Shown in pieces: positions 13,401 to 25,214 of a DNA stretch of 64,000 nt. Positions within the stretch are counted from its first letter, which is position 1, and the number at the start of each line of letters is the position of its first letter. A model generated the notes under the pieces. That model saw only the letters and a program-made list of their open reading frames with translations, was not told where the DNA came from and did not search any database. Made by a program: the position numbers and the translations under genes. The stretch is from NCBI RefSeq assembly GCF_004010195.1, contig NC_057728.1:48179521-48243520 (forward strand), in the 5' to 3' direction. Source of the stretch: Chiloscyllium plagiosum. Taxonomy: Eukaryota.

Positions 13401-15119
13401 CTAGTTTGTGATGCCAACAGAGTAGATTCAATTCTTGTATGAGATGAAGTGATAGTGAAGGACTTCCATCTCAACTTCTCCCCTTGCCTGTGGTGACCCT
13501 CAGGCTAAACCGCCACCTGTTATCTATAACTATGGTCCTTTGGGAATCTGACTACTTTACCTTTAGGTGTATGTACACAATATGGACTACAGCAGTTAAA
13601 GAACATGGTTCACCATCACCAACTCAAGGACTAAGTGTGGGCAACAAATACTGGCTGAAACAATGATGCTTAAAGATCTGCAGTTAGTCATTGAATTCAC
13701 CAAAACATGTAAATAAAAGATGTGAGGAAATTGAAAACTGTTTGCTTGATGGAAACAAGGTGAATTTGTTCATAAAGTGACAGGGAGTGATTTATCAGCT
13801 TTTTCCCACTGAAAGTATATTGAAGACAATCTTCCTAAAGACCTACCACTGAGCAACCAGAGTATCTGTCCAAGTCAGGCAGTCTTTTAATTCAATGTTC
13901 AATTCATAGTTGTATGACATTCACAGAGTCCTGACTACCTAATGTAGATGAGTGCTGAGCAGACTGTGCTCAAGTTCAGCTGGCTGTACAGTGAGAGAGT
14001 GGGTTTTATTTATTTTGGTCAACCCAGATCAACAGAAATGCTCTGTCTTCCTCAACATAAATAGCATGGACTGCTGCAACACTCAATCCTCCCACTCCCT
14101 GGGGCATAGAAAAAAGAGAATAATAAATGCTTCATAATGATTTCAAGGTTGCTTCTATCTTTTATGGTAGCTCACATGTAGCTTAGCTATTTTTTTCGAC
14201 CTACTATTTATAGATTCAGTAATGATGACCACACGGAGCAATTATCGATGAATAATGCAACCTCTGTGTTTCATAAAATAATTAATTCACTGTTACTGGC
14301 TATAACATTCCTACATATATGCAACTTTACCCTTGGTTTTATAGTGTATAATATTCCCGATAAACTTTTAAAAAGTATGCTTTCACACTGTTTGAATTGG
14401 TAACACCAGTGCCCTATTAAAAAAGGCAGAACACTGGAGTGAGTAAGCAGTGCATGCTAGGACTGTAGCTTTTCCAAACATATACAACCTTTGATGTGTT
14501 TTATTTATAAGAGCTATCTACAATTTATATTAAGTCATTTGGTAATTGCAAATTCAGACTCTTCTTAAATTATGATGTATATTTCTTCTAAACAGCATCA
14601 GCAACAACATTTCATAATTGCCCAAATATTTAAAGTTTCAAAGTGCAACATGTGAGTGTCAGGATTATAAGATAGAGGCTGCGATGTAACCTAAAATTTT
14701 AAAAACATTAATTTGATGGAAAATTGGGAATATTCATGGTACAAGAACAATGTATTTTTTAAATATTTGAACTTTTGTTTTAAAAAGGTGGAGTGAAATG
14801 AAGAAGAACTGTTTTAAAAACCATTGTTTTGTAAAGGTGCAGATTTTCTTCCAGACCAGAAACTGTTCTCCGAAGCCAAAAACTCAGTTTAACCCTAAAG
14901 GAAACCAGTCATCTTTTCTTTGGCAGTTGCTATAAACTGTGACTTTTAAGATTGTGTGTTCTAGAGTTTTAGTAGTATTCTTACATGCCAATGCTTTATA
15001 TCTGTTTACCTACAGCTGTGGACTAAATACAGTGTAAATAATATTAATTCTTGTCCAGTACAGAAAACAGGTCTGCGCTTTCTATCAATCTTCGTCAGAA
15101 AGCTAGGTCAATTGGGGCA

Positions 15120-15660
15120 AGACCATAATGTGTACAAGCAGATGTAGGTCATTCAACCCATCAAGTCTACTCCCCCAATCAATGAGATCATGATTAATCT
15201 GACAATCTTCAACTCCACTTTCTTGCTTTTCCCCATAACCCTTGGTTCCCTTACTGATTAAAAATGTATCTGTGCCTTGAATGCTTAACGACCCAGCCTT
15301 GACAACGCACTGCAATAAAGAATTCCACAGATTCACTATCCTCTGAGAGAAGAAATTCTTCTTCATCTCTGTTTTAAATATGTGATCCCTCGTTCTGAGA
15401 TTATGACCTATGGTTTTAGACTATCCTTCAAGGGGAACAACCTTTCGGCATCTACCCAGTCAATCCCCTAAGGATCTTGAATGTTTCAATAAAGTTGGCT
15501 CTCATTCTTCTAACTTCCAACCAGTACAGGCCCAACCTACTCAGCCTTTCTTCATTAGACTATCCCTGCATGATTTCAGGTAAGTGAACCTTCTCTGATC
15601 TGCCTCCAGTGCCAGCATCTTTCCTTAGCTACGGGGCCCAAACCATTCACAGATTTCCTG
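15120..15660 (-). mobile_element. CR1 LINE 3' fragment
   Basis: ORF 15103..15366 MKKNFFSQRIVNLWNSL is the CR1 ORF2 C-terminus. Confidence 0.8.
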
Positions 15661-16123
15661 CACTATGAATACTTCTAAAATAAACTTTAATATTTGGAAT
15701 GACTCCAGGGGATAATGGATCAAAACAGAAGTTTTTAAAACAATCAACATCGCTATTCAGCCATTTCCATTAGAAATCATCCTCCAGAGGACAAGGAAGC
15801 AAGAAATACTTTTTAAGAAAAGCAAATGGCCGAGGGTAAATCTTTCTGAAAGGAGCTGTGTGTGTGGTTGGGAATATGGGACATAAGAGAAAAAGAGAGA
15901 AACGATGTCAGAAGCAGATTAACCATGCTGGTAATGAGCAAATATTGAGTGATGAGGGCTACTGGGGAGATATAGAGATGGCAGGATGGGATTGGATGGG
16001 GAGGAACAAGGTGTTTCCAGAGGAGGAAATGCAACTGAGTTAAATAAAAGGCTCAATCTTTGAGATGAAGAAGTTTATTAGCTCCTTACAATCAGAAGTC
16101 AGGACAGATGGTGTGATAGAAGT

Positions 16124-16214
16124 GTCAAGAAGTGTGGTGCTGGAAAAGCACAGCAGATCAGGCAGCATACGAGGAGCAGGAGAATCGACATTTTGAGCAT
16201 AAGCTTTTCATCAG
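16124..16214 (-). mobile_element. Mini PLE terminus with hammerhead remnant; 9-bp TSD
   Basis: GTGCTGGAAAAGCACAGCAG..TTCATCAG flanked by GATAGAAGT at 16115-16123 and 16215-16223. Confidence 0.75.
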
Positions 16215-16339
16215 GATAGAAGTAGCTTATTTTAAAAGAGAGTAGTTTGGGCTGACCTTTTCCCTTGAAGATTATAGGGGTTAATACATTTTCATGTTTT
16301 GAGTAATGTTAGCAATGCTACATTGGCCTTCTTTTCAAA

Positions 16340-17250
16340 ACATTTCATTGATGAATAGGGTAAGGTAGGGATTCCAGGATTGATGAAATGGAAACATGTG
16401 TCTCTCGTGATATGCCTGTGTGAGGGAACAAATGTAGCATTTCCAGGTTTGCTGATGATACAAGACTAGGTAGGATTGAGAGTTTTGAGAAGGAGGCAAG
16501 GCAGAGTCAAGGTGATTGAGACAAGTTGAGTGAGTGGGCAAATGCAGTACAATATGGCTAAATGTGAAATTATATTCATTGGTGTGAAAAACAGAAAGGA
16601 AGAGTATTAAGTGTATGGTAATCTATCAGGAAGTATGGATGTACAAAGGAATCTGGGTGTTCTTATGTACCAATCAAAGAAAGTAGACAGGCAGATGCAG
16701 CAAGAATTGGTAAAGTAAATGGTACATGGCCTTTATTGCAAAAGTTTGAGTTCAGAAGTAGGGATGTAGTTATATACAGGACCTTGGTGAGACCACATCC
16801 ACAGTACTATGTACAGTTTTAGTCTCCCTACTTAAAGAAACTTAAAGAAAGAATATTCTTGCCACAGGAGGTGCATGGAGAGTCACTAGGCTGATACCAG
16901 AGATGGCAGGACTGCCCTATGAAGAAAGATTGGTTCGACTGAATTCTGAATTCTTTGGAGACTATGAGGAAGACAGGAGATCTGATTGAGAAATATGAAA
17001 TTCTAACCGGGCTGGATGGACTAGATTCAAAGAGACAAGAACAGAAATTGCTGGTAAAACTCAACAGGTCTGGCAACAAGTGTGGAGAGAAATCAGAGTT
17101 AATGTTTCAGGTCAAGTGATCCTTCCTCAGATCTGCAGAACTAAATTCAAAGAGGATGTTTTCCCTCGGGAGGGGAGTATACAATGACGACATATTCTCA
17201 GGATACAGAATAGACTATTTCGGATTAAGATCAGAAAGTAATGTATACAA
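16340..17250 (+). mobile_element. Old CR1 LINE RT/3' fragment
   Basis: Degraded ISRFADDTRLG, KCEI, LVRPHPQYYVQF motifs. Interrupted by the mini element at 17035. Confidence 0.7.
17035..17139 (-). mobile_element. Mini PLE-derived element with hammerhead-like core; 15-bp TSD
   Basis: Minus strand CTGAGGA-AGGATCACTTGACCT-GAAACATT. Flanked by ACTAGATTCAAAGAG (17020-17034) and ACTAAATTCAAAGAG (17140-17154). Confidence 0.75.
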
Positions 17251-18571
17251 TATAATTACTCTCGAAATTTGTAGAGCTCGGAGCTGCTGTCAACATGGTC
17301 TTCATGAGTTAAAGCATTCTGCAACCACAATTTATCAACAGCCAAGGTGGTGAAGATTGAATTTGGTTTTAGAGTATTGATGAAGTAGCTGACTTTGTTC
17401 TGGTTGTTCTTCTGAAGTATGGTTGCACCAGCATTTTTTTTCCAGCTAAATGGTGCATGCTCCTAATCTGAGACTTATAGATGATGGTTGGTTTTGAATT
17501 GATTTTAGCTGGCCTCTCACTTGACCTTGCAGTTATAATATTGGGAAGGCTTAATCAATTAATATTTTGACAAATCCTATAAAGTGTGCTAGAATTGATG
17601 AAGTTTCCGATGGAAAGATTCCCACACCCTCCTAAGAATAGACGTTTTGGAGCATAATATTACAATAGGTGTACTGGGACAAACCTACCGAAGGAACTTT
17701 GAAAATGGGGCAAAAAGGTGAAGCTCAGTAGTTTCTGACTTAAGCACCAGACTGAATGATCCTTTTGAAGAATGGCAATAATGAGTACTTGTCTGGCAGT
17801 GCAAGCACCAACCTCAAATTGCTGAAGTAATTGTTTTCAGGATCCTGATTTCAATAAGGCCGGACTTGAATAGCTGAGGGACTCTGAAATATCCACTGAA
17901 ACATCTGCACTTTAATTTGGCTGAATATTTGAAGAGGCACTTCAGTTGTTGCATAGAAGTTTTTCCAGGTTTCTATGGGGTTAGTGTGATTCATGTTTGG
18001 TGCAATATGCTCAGACAGAATGGAGCCATTGCCAGGGACCCACTGACACTGTAAATAATGCTAAAATAACTTATCTTGCCAATCTGAAAGTGCACAAGAC
18101 AGGTCATTTGAGTCATGATGGATGTTGATTATGAATAGATAGAATGCAGCAGTGACCCAAGGGCATCTTTTTGAACAAGCACAAGAATTATATGCACACA
18201 GCATAGCTATAATTTTGCACAACTATTTCCTATGCCAGAAAAGTGCCTTAGATTTTACTGGAACCTGATATTTTCTCTCTCTTTCTCTCTTTCTCTATTG
18301 CTGTCTGACTTTCTCCCCACATCACAAATAGCATTGTTGTCAGACTGTTTAGTTCACTCTATTAGAATTATGTTTATGAATTTACACTGCAAATATAAAG
18401 TCCTCAGCTCTTGAAGTTGACTTGAGCTATGAATATGCAGTGTTAAACAAAGGAGCAGAAAATAAGTCAAGTCCCATGTATTGGTAGTACCATCAAGTGT
18501 TGGGAGCTGCTTCGGTGTCTTGTGAGAGTTGTTACTCTGAATATTTTACACTTTGCCACTAATATAGAGGG

Positions 18572-18773
18572 TAGACAAGTAGGAGGCTAGAAGAACACAG
18601 CAAAGCAAGCAGTACTAGAAGATGGAGAAGTCAACATTTCAGGGCTGTAGAAAAGTTCCATCCAAAATGTGGACTTCTCCATCTCCTGTTGCTGCCTGGC
18701 TTGCTGTGTTCTTCCAGCCTCCTGCTGGTCTACCTTGGATTCCAGCATCCACAGGGTTTTTCTTTTGTCTCTA
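18572..18773. mobile_element. Palindromic PLE-terminus mini element; 14-bp TSD
   Basis: GGAGGCTAGAAGAACACAGC / GCTGTGTTCTTCCAGCCTCC inverted arms. Flanked by ACTAATATAGAGGG (18558-18571) and ACTAATATGGAGGG (18774-18787). Confidence 0.7.
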
Positions 18774-19145
18774 ACTAATATGGAGGGGACAAAATCCACT
18801 GCAGGTTGGTGTAGGGAGTTCCTATGTTGTATGTTTACATGATCTCCAATGTGATGGAAGGCTGAAACATCATCAAAGGCCAAATATACAAGAGGAAGAG
18901 ATGCCCCAGCCTTTTCATTAATGGAAAATGAGCCTACCTGGCAAACAATTTCTGAATCATGATATTTTATCAGAGTTGTTTGTTCATCCCTGATCTGCTC
19001 CATAAAATTTAAAACAATGTTCATTTTTCTTGGCTTGATACAAACTTGGCATAATCCACGAAACTTCCCACCTCTTGTCGCCTTTACTCTTTCGAGGTAT
19101 TTGGATATTATTGGTAAGTACTGTTCCCTAATTGTCCCTGAACTA

Positions 19146-19345
19146 AGTAGTGCACAAGGGCATATAAAAATCAACCAAATACTGGATCGGGATCATATTC
19201 AGTTTCCCTCCCTAGTAGTGCAGTAGGGCATATAAGAATCCACCAAATTCTGGATCGGGATCATATTCAGTTTCCCTCCCCTATAGTGCGGTAGGGCATA
19301 AGAATCAATCAAATTCCAGAATTCAGTTTCCCTCCCTAAAGGGCA
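19146..19345. repeat. About 68-bp unit tandem triplication inside a minus-strand SINE remnant
   Basis: AGTAGTGCA..GGGCATATAA..CTGGATCGGGATCATATTCAGTTTCCCTCCCT starts at 19146 and 19214, followed by a shortened third copy. Confidence 0.85.
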
Positions 19346-20029
19346 TTAATGAATCAGATTGTTAATTTAATTTAAATACCAACAGCTGCCTTGTTGTGAT
19401 TTTAGCTTCAGGTCTCAAAGCATTAACCCAAATTTCTGAATTACTAGTCCCATGACACCACCATGCCCCCTACCAATGATGAACATTTCAAATTGAGTGT
19501 AAAACACACCATCCTCACTCTCTTATGTAAATATGGTTCCTCCCTATGTCTCTAAGAATCAATAATGGAATGCAGAGTTTCTTAGTTCTTGCACTTCCCA
19601 CGCTGAATTATTTTAGGTTCCATAAACGAGCTGATTTTATTCTGATTGCGTCTTGTAAAAGAATTCAGTTCACAAATCTCACATGCTTTATATGGGACTA
19701 AGGCCCCAGATTTATCTGGGATTAAATTCTCAATGAGAAGTACTGAATCATGTAAAAATCTATTCATGACATGCACGGCTTAATTTTAAATCTAAAACAG
19801 CTGTAGTGTTCCAGAACAAGAATCAAAATTAATAGTAGGTGCTGAAATGTTTAAAGTCACCTAATTAAACTGTGAAATAATCAATGTTATCTTAGAAGGG
19901 GAGAAGTGAATGCTGTCCAATCCTTCCAGGAAATAAATCCAGGATTAAAGTAATACCATGCCTTTCACAAATATCTAAAGCCAAAAAACTGTCCATTTGT
20001 ACTTCTTTGATTCATGCTCCTGCGAGCAA

Positions 20030-20182
20030 GTCATAGAGTCATAGAAATGTACATCACGGAAACGGACCCTTCGGTCCAACTTGTCCATGCAGACCAGATA
20101 TCCCAACCCAATATAGTCCCACCTGCCAGCACCTAGCCCATATCCCTCCAAACCCTTCCTATTTATATACTCATCCAAATGC
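20030..20182 (-). mobile_element. CR1 LINE extreme 3' end
   Basis: Reverse complement of the 3' tail seen at 5980-6137 (GTCATAGAGTCATAGA..). Confidence 0.85.
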
Positions 20183-21705
20183 CAGTGATGGAACATTGGC
20201 TTTATCTGCTACTTCCACTACAGGATAATATCCACTGTCCTTTCAATGAAAATAGTTGTCTTCTTATGTCTCTGGACTATTTCCACAGATATTATTTGAT
20301 GACCAGATGCTTTGGGTGTTAATCCAGTTTTTTGAGAATGTTGGTATGTTTTATTTGATTTCTCAGTTGGTGAACATACATTCTGAGTTTTGCTAAAGCA
20401 GTATTTGACATTTTACAGCTTAATTTATTTTGAAACTCAAACTTGAGAGAAATGAGCTATTTTAGTTCATCTGATTCCTCTGTCTTTATTGTGATGATGA
20501 CAATGCTGATATATGTGTGATTCGTTTGCTCATTATTTGATTTCACTGTGGTCACAAACCAATACATTTAGAGTACCCATATAAATTGTTATGAGCATCC
20601 AACTGAAAGTTCAGGTAACAAGCACCTTTTTTATTGATCTATAAATTCAATAATCATGGGGAGTTAATCAGAAGTGATGTAATTTAAACTTAATAGCTCA
20701 TGACCTGAACTGATACGTGCTCATGCTTCCCTTCATCTGTATGTTAACAGTAGTAAAAACCTAATGGCGAAAATAATTGATTGTACAAATGATAATCCGT
20801 TAAAATGCAGTAATTTTTAGTTCAGTGTTATTGCAATTCCTTATTGATTAAATTTGCACAGTCATTTAGAGAAAAGGGCAAAGTCCAAATTTTTGTAGCA
20901 GTAATGGCAAGTTCAGTGGTCACCATTGTTGCTCTTGTGAAACTTGCAGTGTCTTCTAAAATCCACATAGACACAGTTACGTGAGAAAACCCAGATGTTA
21001 TCATCGGTGATTCTGCAATCCCTCACAGGAGAAGCAGTTGAAATCCCCACAGACAGCACTCATGTAGAAAAAATAGGCCTTTAATACTAATAACTTGTAA
21101 AACTCTAGGAAAATATTAAATTTTTATGAATGATGTAAAACTTTTTTTTTCAAAAGATGTAATAAGTTAACATTACTCCCAAAGAATACTTTTCTCTGCA
21201 TGGAAAGCTAATTTCCTATTGGTAAAATATCAACATTATGATAAAAAATCATTTATTTTTAAGAATTTGTTTGTGGAATTTCAGCTTCTGTCTTGATCCC
21301 ATAAACCTAGCCACTTATTTCATTATGTATACAATATATTTAAAGTTAATGATAATCAGTGCTTTTTACTTCCTGGTTAGCTGTCTAAAAGAATACTTCA
21401 ATCTGATTAGTTGCTCATTTTTAAAATAATAACAGTTTATTGAGTGCTGGTGATACCTTTGAAACAGGATTCAAATTGGTGTTTGAATCAGGAATGGGGA
21501 AATTCATGCCACATAGATTGCTAGATCTTTATGGCTGATTATTTTCAAGGTCAGTGGTGAATGCCATTGATATGCACTCCCTACAAAACTTAATCTCAAA
21601 TGCAGACCTGTAATTTTCTGCCTATCACCATTCTCCTCACGTCACTCTTTACTGTTCTCATCTCTTTCATCTCTTCCAAAGATGCTAATAATGATGGCAT
21701 GAAAT

Positions 21706-22215
21706 GGGGTGGCTAGCATTGCTGCCTCACAGCATTAGGTAGATGCTGGAAACCAGAGTTTATATCAGAGTGGTGCTGGAATAGCACAGCAGCACCTGAG
21801 GAGCAGGAAAATCGACATTTAAGGCAAAAGCCCTTCATCAGGAATAATTCCTGATGAAGGGCTTTTGTCGATTTTCCTGCTCCTCAGATGCTGCCTGACC
21901 TGCTGTGCTTTTCCAGCACCACTCTGATACAGCCTCACAGCATTGGGGACCTGGGTTCAATTCCAGCCTTGGGTCACTATCTATGTGGAGTTTTCATGTT
22001 TTCTCTGTGTCTGTGTGAGTTTTCTCTGGGTGCTCCAGTTTCCTTCCACAGTCCAAAGGTGTGCAAGTTACTGGATTGGAAATGGTAAATTGTCTGTAGT
22101 GTCCAGGGATATCCAGTTTAGGTGCTCATGTGAGTTTATAGGGATTAGGAGAGATACTCTTCAAAAGGTCAGTCCAGGCTGAATGGCCACTTTTCACACT
22201 GTGGTGATTCTATGA
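21706..22215 (+). mobile_element. HE1/V-SINE-like tRNA-derived SINE, interrupted by a PLE palindrome
   Basis: GCTGCCTCACAGC..GGTTCAATTCC (B-box)..GGGTGCTCCAGTTTCCT central domain and a CR1-like tail GATTCTATGA. Confidence 0.75.
21737..21931. mobile_element. Palindromic PLE mini element with two damaged hammerhead cores; perfect 13-bp TSD
   Basis: Centre AAGCCCTTCATCAGGAATAATTCCTGATGAAGGGCTT. TSD GCCTCACAGCATT at 21724-21736 and 21932-21944. Confidence 0.85.
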
Positions 22216-22315
22216 AATGTTGATAATCTTTGAATGTAATTTTAGAAAATTGTATGTATTCATTTTTATTTTGACAGAAATTCAATGTATTTTTACTTGT
22301 TTATTTTGATTACAG

Positions 22316-22409
22316 AGGAGGAATGATTCAGACAAGTGAACAGTATGGATTTGTACACCATGCTCTGAGCCTTTATGGGAGCACAATCTCAGCAGACACT
22401 AGACAGTGA
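22316..22409 (+). CDS. PTPRR: PTPRR last coding exon (PTP domain Q-loop and C-terminus)
   Basis: Acceptor TTATTTTGATTACAG|A (phase 2) gives (R)GGMIQTSEQYGFVHHALSLYGSTISADTRQ*. This matches my recall of the human PTPRR C-terminus RGGMVQTSEQYEFVHHALCLYESRLSAETVQ. Adjacency to PTPRB supports orthology. Confidence 0.92.
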
Positions 22410-23600
22410 ATCTGTCAAATAATACAATATGTTCGTGAAAACCTTTAATTCTAAGTTATATGGAAGTAAGGTGAATTATCTCTTGAAGGTAATGAAATAT
22501 ATATTACCTGGAGAAACAAGAACAGGAATCACCTCCAGGAGAAGGGCGATACAAGTAAACACAGAAGCTACTCTCAGTACAACAGGAAAAAAAAAGGTTG
22601 CTGGATTGATTAAAGATACCTGAGTGAATGTTGTGTCAATTTTCCTAAGTTCTGTTATAGGAAAATGCAGCTAACTGACTTTATGTGAAATATTATCTGT
22701 GTCTAAGTAAAGCCTTTTTTATGTTAAGTTCAGTTCAATAATACTTGGAAACCTGATGGTCTGAGAAAAGCAATGCCTGTTGAATTTGCTTTGAGAGATA
22801 AAGAGATTGGGTAGAAGTGTAACACCCAGCCCTTTATCAAATGTTTCTGTATTTTGAACTCTTGGACACAGCTCTTGATGTGATTTATTAATATATATAC
22901 ACATGAAAAATGCTATTTCATAAGTGGTGAATTTTATTTCTTTACCACATTATTGTCTTGCTGCTGAAATGCACAAGTGTTTTATTCATGAATTTTAAAT
23001 AAATGTTCAATTCTGGAATCTTTTAAAACTCTCTAAATGTTTTGTATGCAATGTAGATGCAGGTTTTTATTTGTGACATGGTGTTAAATTGTATGCATAT
23101 TTATAATCCTAACTAGCAGTCAGGATGCACAATGTTAAACAGTCACTGTATGTATTCTTATGTCTATGACAATGTATTTGTATTGAGGTTGTCTAAATGT
23201 ACAAGCTTCTTAGATATTAAGCAAATCCCTATGATTAACACATACAGGATCTCCCTCTCTCTCTCTCATGTTGTGAATTAGTGTCAATATTTTGTTTCTC
23301 CTGGCAGAAAAGAAGTGCAATGTGGAAATGTATGGAATGTATAATAATGAGAATGGAAGCCTGAAAATATGAAGCATTGACTTAGCTTTATTCTATATGC
23401 AGCTACTTCATATATGTTCCATTTGATGAGACATATTTTAAATTCCTTTTTTGTCATGTGCAGGAAATTGTTTACATTAATAAGTTGTTTACAGAAAGCA
23501 GTGTGGAATCAGCACAGGATAATTTGTGTTTTTGTTCAGCCCTGTTAATTTTTGTGTATGATGACAATAAATACAATGAATTTTTGAAATCTTGTTCTTG
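22410..23600 (+). other. PTPRR: Putative PTPRR 3' UTR with candidate poly(A) signals
   Basis: AT-rich sequence after the stop with no recognisable interspersed repeat. AATAAA at 22998-23003 and 23566-23571. The true end is not determinable. Confidence 0.55.
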
Positions 23601-24309
23601 AGCATATATTTTAAAAAGAAACCAAATATTTGGAGCAAGAGTGAATTACAATGATATGTACTTGTATTTAATCTTATTCCTATCAATAATTTCAATTAAT
23701 GTATTTATCGAACTAAAATATGACAGTGCTCAGCAATAGGAATTAAGGTATTTGAGGCAGGAGCCCTCAAGGCTTTTAAAAATCGTTTAGGTTAACACTT
23801 GAAACACCATAATCTCCAAGACAATAAATCAGGTGCTGGACAATGGGATTAGAGTAGATGGATGTTTGATGACCAGCCATGATGGGCCAAATGATCTGTT
23901 TCCATCTTCTAAAAACTGTGTGACTCTAAACTAGAGTCAATTCCCCAAAATCAATTTATTACAAACTCTTTGTATATACCATAGTTGGAAATTAGTTTGC
24001 TATCAATCATTGTTTCTAGTATGAAAATGCTGTTTAAAAAATACTGTTGGCTTTTATGGGCACAGCTCTATTTCCATTTTGAAAGTGGTGCATTGGGTTC
24101 CACGTTTAATAACTCACTGCACAAATCGCCTGAAAAATCGCCATATATTTTAAGGAGCTGAGGATCCAATTGGCAACTAATGCCAACAGGTCTTCTCCAC
24201 AGTAACTTGTTTATGAAATGTTCCAACTGTGGAATTTGTGTGTACTGACTTCAACATGTAAAAGGCGCGTGGGTTTATCCAACAATTGTACAGATGGAAT
24301 GGCTTGTTG

Positions 24310-24462
24310 ACTCCTGTGCTAACAGCCATATGGTGAGAGTGAATAGATTGCACAAAAATACCACAATCGCGAAGTGGCCGAACTTGGAATAGAACTGACC
24401 AACTTTGGCATTCTCATCACAGTTAACCAAATTCGAGATGGCTTCGCATCTGATGTGACCAT
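24310..24462 (+). repeat. Inverted repeat left arm, 153 bp
   Basis: Reverse complement of 25062-25214; one mismatch seen (GAAGTGGCCG vs GAAGAGGCCG). Confidence 0.97.
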
Positions 24463-24475
24463 GAGTGTTAGGATG

Positions 24476-24654
24476 ATTTCCGAGAAGTCGCACTACATGA
24501 CAGTCTGGCATGAAAGATTCAAAAGAGATTGAATAGGAGGAAGTGGTCGTCACAAACTTTTTTTTTCCCTGAAGACACATTTCCTTTCGACGCTTAGCTT
24601 CAGCGATCTGTGCTGAGTGAGAGCATGTAATTTAGTTACAAGAATATTGTAAAA
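24476..24654 (+). promoter_or_regulatory. PTPRB: Putative proximal promoter/5' UTR of the PTPRB long isoform
   Basis: ETS-like AGGAAGTG (24538-24545) and CATTTCCT (24578-24585), and STAT-like TTCCGAGAA (24478-24486), directly upstream of the ATG. TSS unknown. Confidence 0.45.
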
Positions 24655-24706
24655 ATGGACAGCCCTCTCTTCATGGTTTTTACGTTTACGCTACTAGCTT
24701 TATCTG
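24655..24706 (+). CDS. PTPRB: PTPRB long isoform exon 1 (signal peptide)
   Basis: AAAATGG start context. MDSPLFMVFTFTLLALS + G|GTAAGT (phase 1) joins exon 2 as GAC (Asp). Parallels my recall of human MEAEFYMVILTCLIFRNSEGF. Confidence 0.88.
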
Positions 24707-25061
24707 GTAAGTGGATTAAATTCAGCGGTGCTCAATAGTTGTATAGGAATCTGCGTTCCTTTTCCATGTTAATCATTGCCAGCAGTCCAGGTTTAACTGC
24801 AGTTTCTTTTTTAAAAAAATGAACGGAAATGGGTTTTTTTAATATTGTACACAACGATACGCTGTAACAGAGCTAGTACCTCAAAACACATTGTGAGATG
24901 GTTTGCAGTGTTCTAATCCTAGTTGGTAACAAAATAGTTAGATTTGGTGAAATAAATTTTAAAATAATACCAATGTCTTCCGGTTCCAATCATGATTGAT
25001 TCTGTCCAGTCGCCTCAAATGCGGCCACTTCTGCAACTAGTATGCAGATACAACAGATCTG

Positions 25062-25214
25062 ATGGTCACATCAGATGCGAAGCCATCTCGAATTTGGTTA
25101 ACTGTGATGAGAATGCCAAAGTTGGTCAGTTCTATTCCAAGTTCGGCCTCTTCGCGATTGTGGTATTTTTGTGCAATCTATTCACTCTCACCATATGGCT
25201 GTTAGCACAGGAGT
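25062..25214 (-). repeat. Inverted repeat right arm, 153 bp (PTPRB intron 1)
   Basis: Reverse complement of 24310-24462. It explains the shared peptide in ORFs 24275..24580(-) and 24992..25270(+). Confidence 0.97.

Noticed and set aside
18587..19174. 195-aa minus-strand ORF
   Set aside because: Runs through a PLE mini element and SINE remnant, has no recognisable domain and a non-ATG start.
22271..22277. Alternative acceptor TTTTGACAG 38 nt upstream of the PTPRR last exon
   Set aside because: Would shift the frame off the conserved RGGM motif; the 22315 AG fits the homologue.
1..22315. Further PTPRR exons (e.g. the SAGIGRTG P-loop exon)
   Set aside because: I could not find a matching reading frame with splice sites. 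The region is treated as one long last intron, though a manual scan could miss a small exon.
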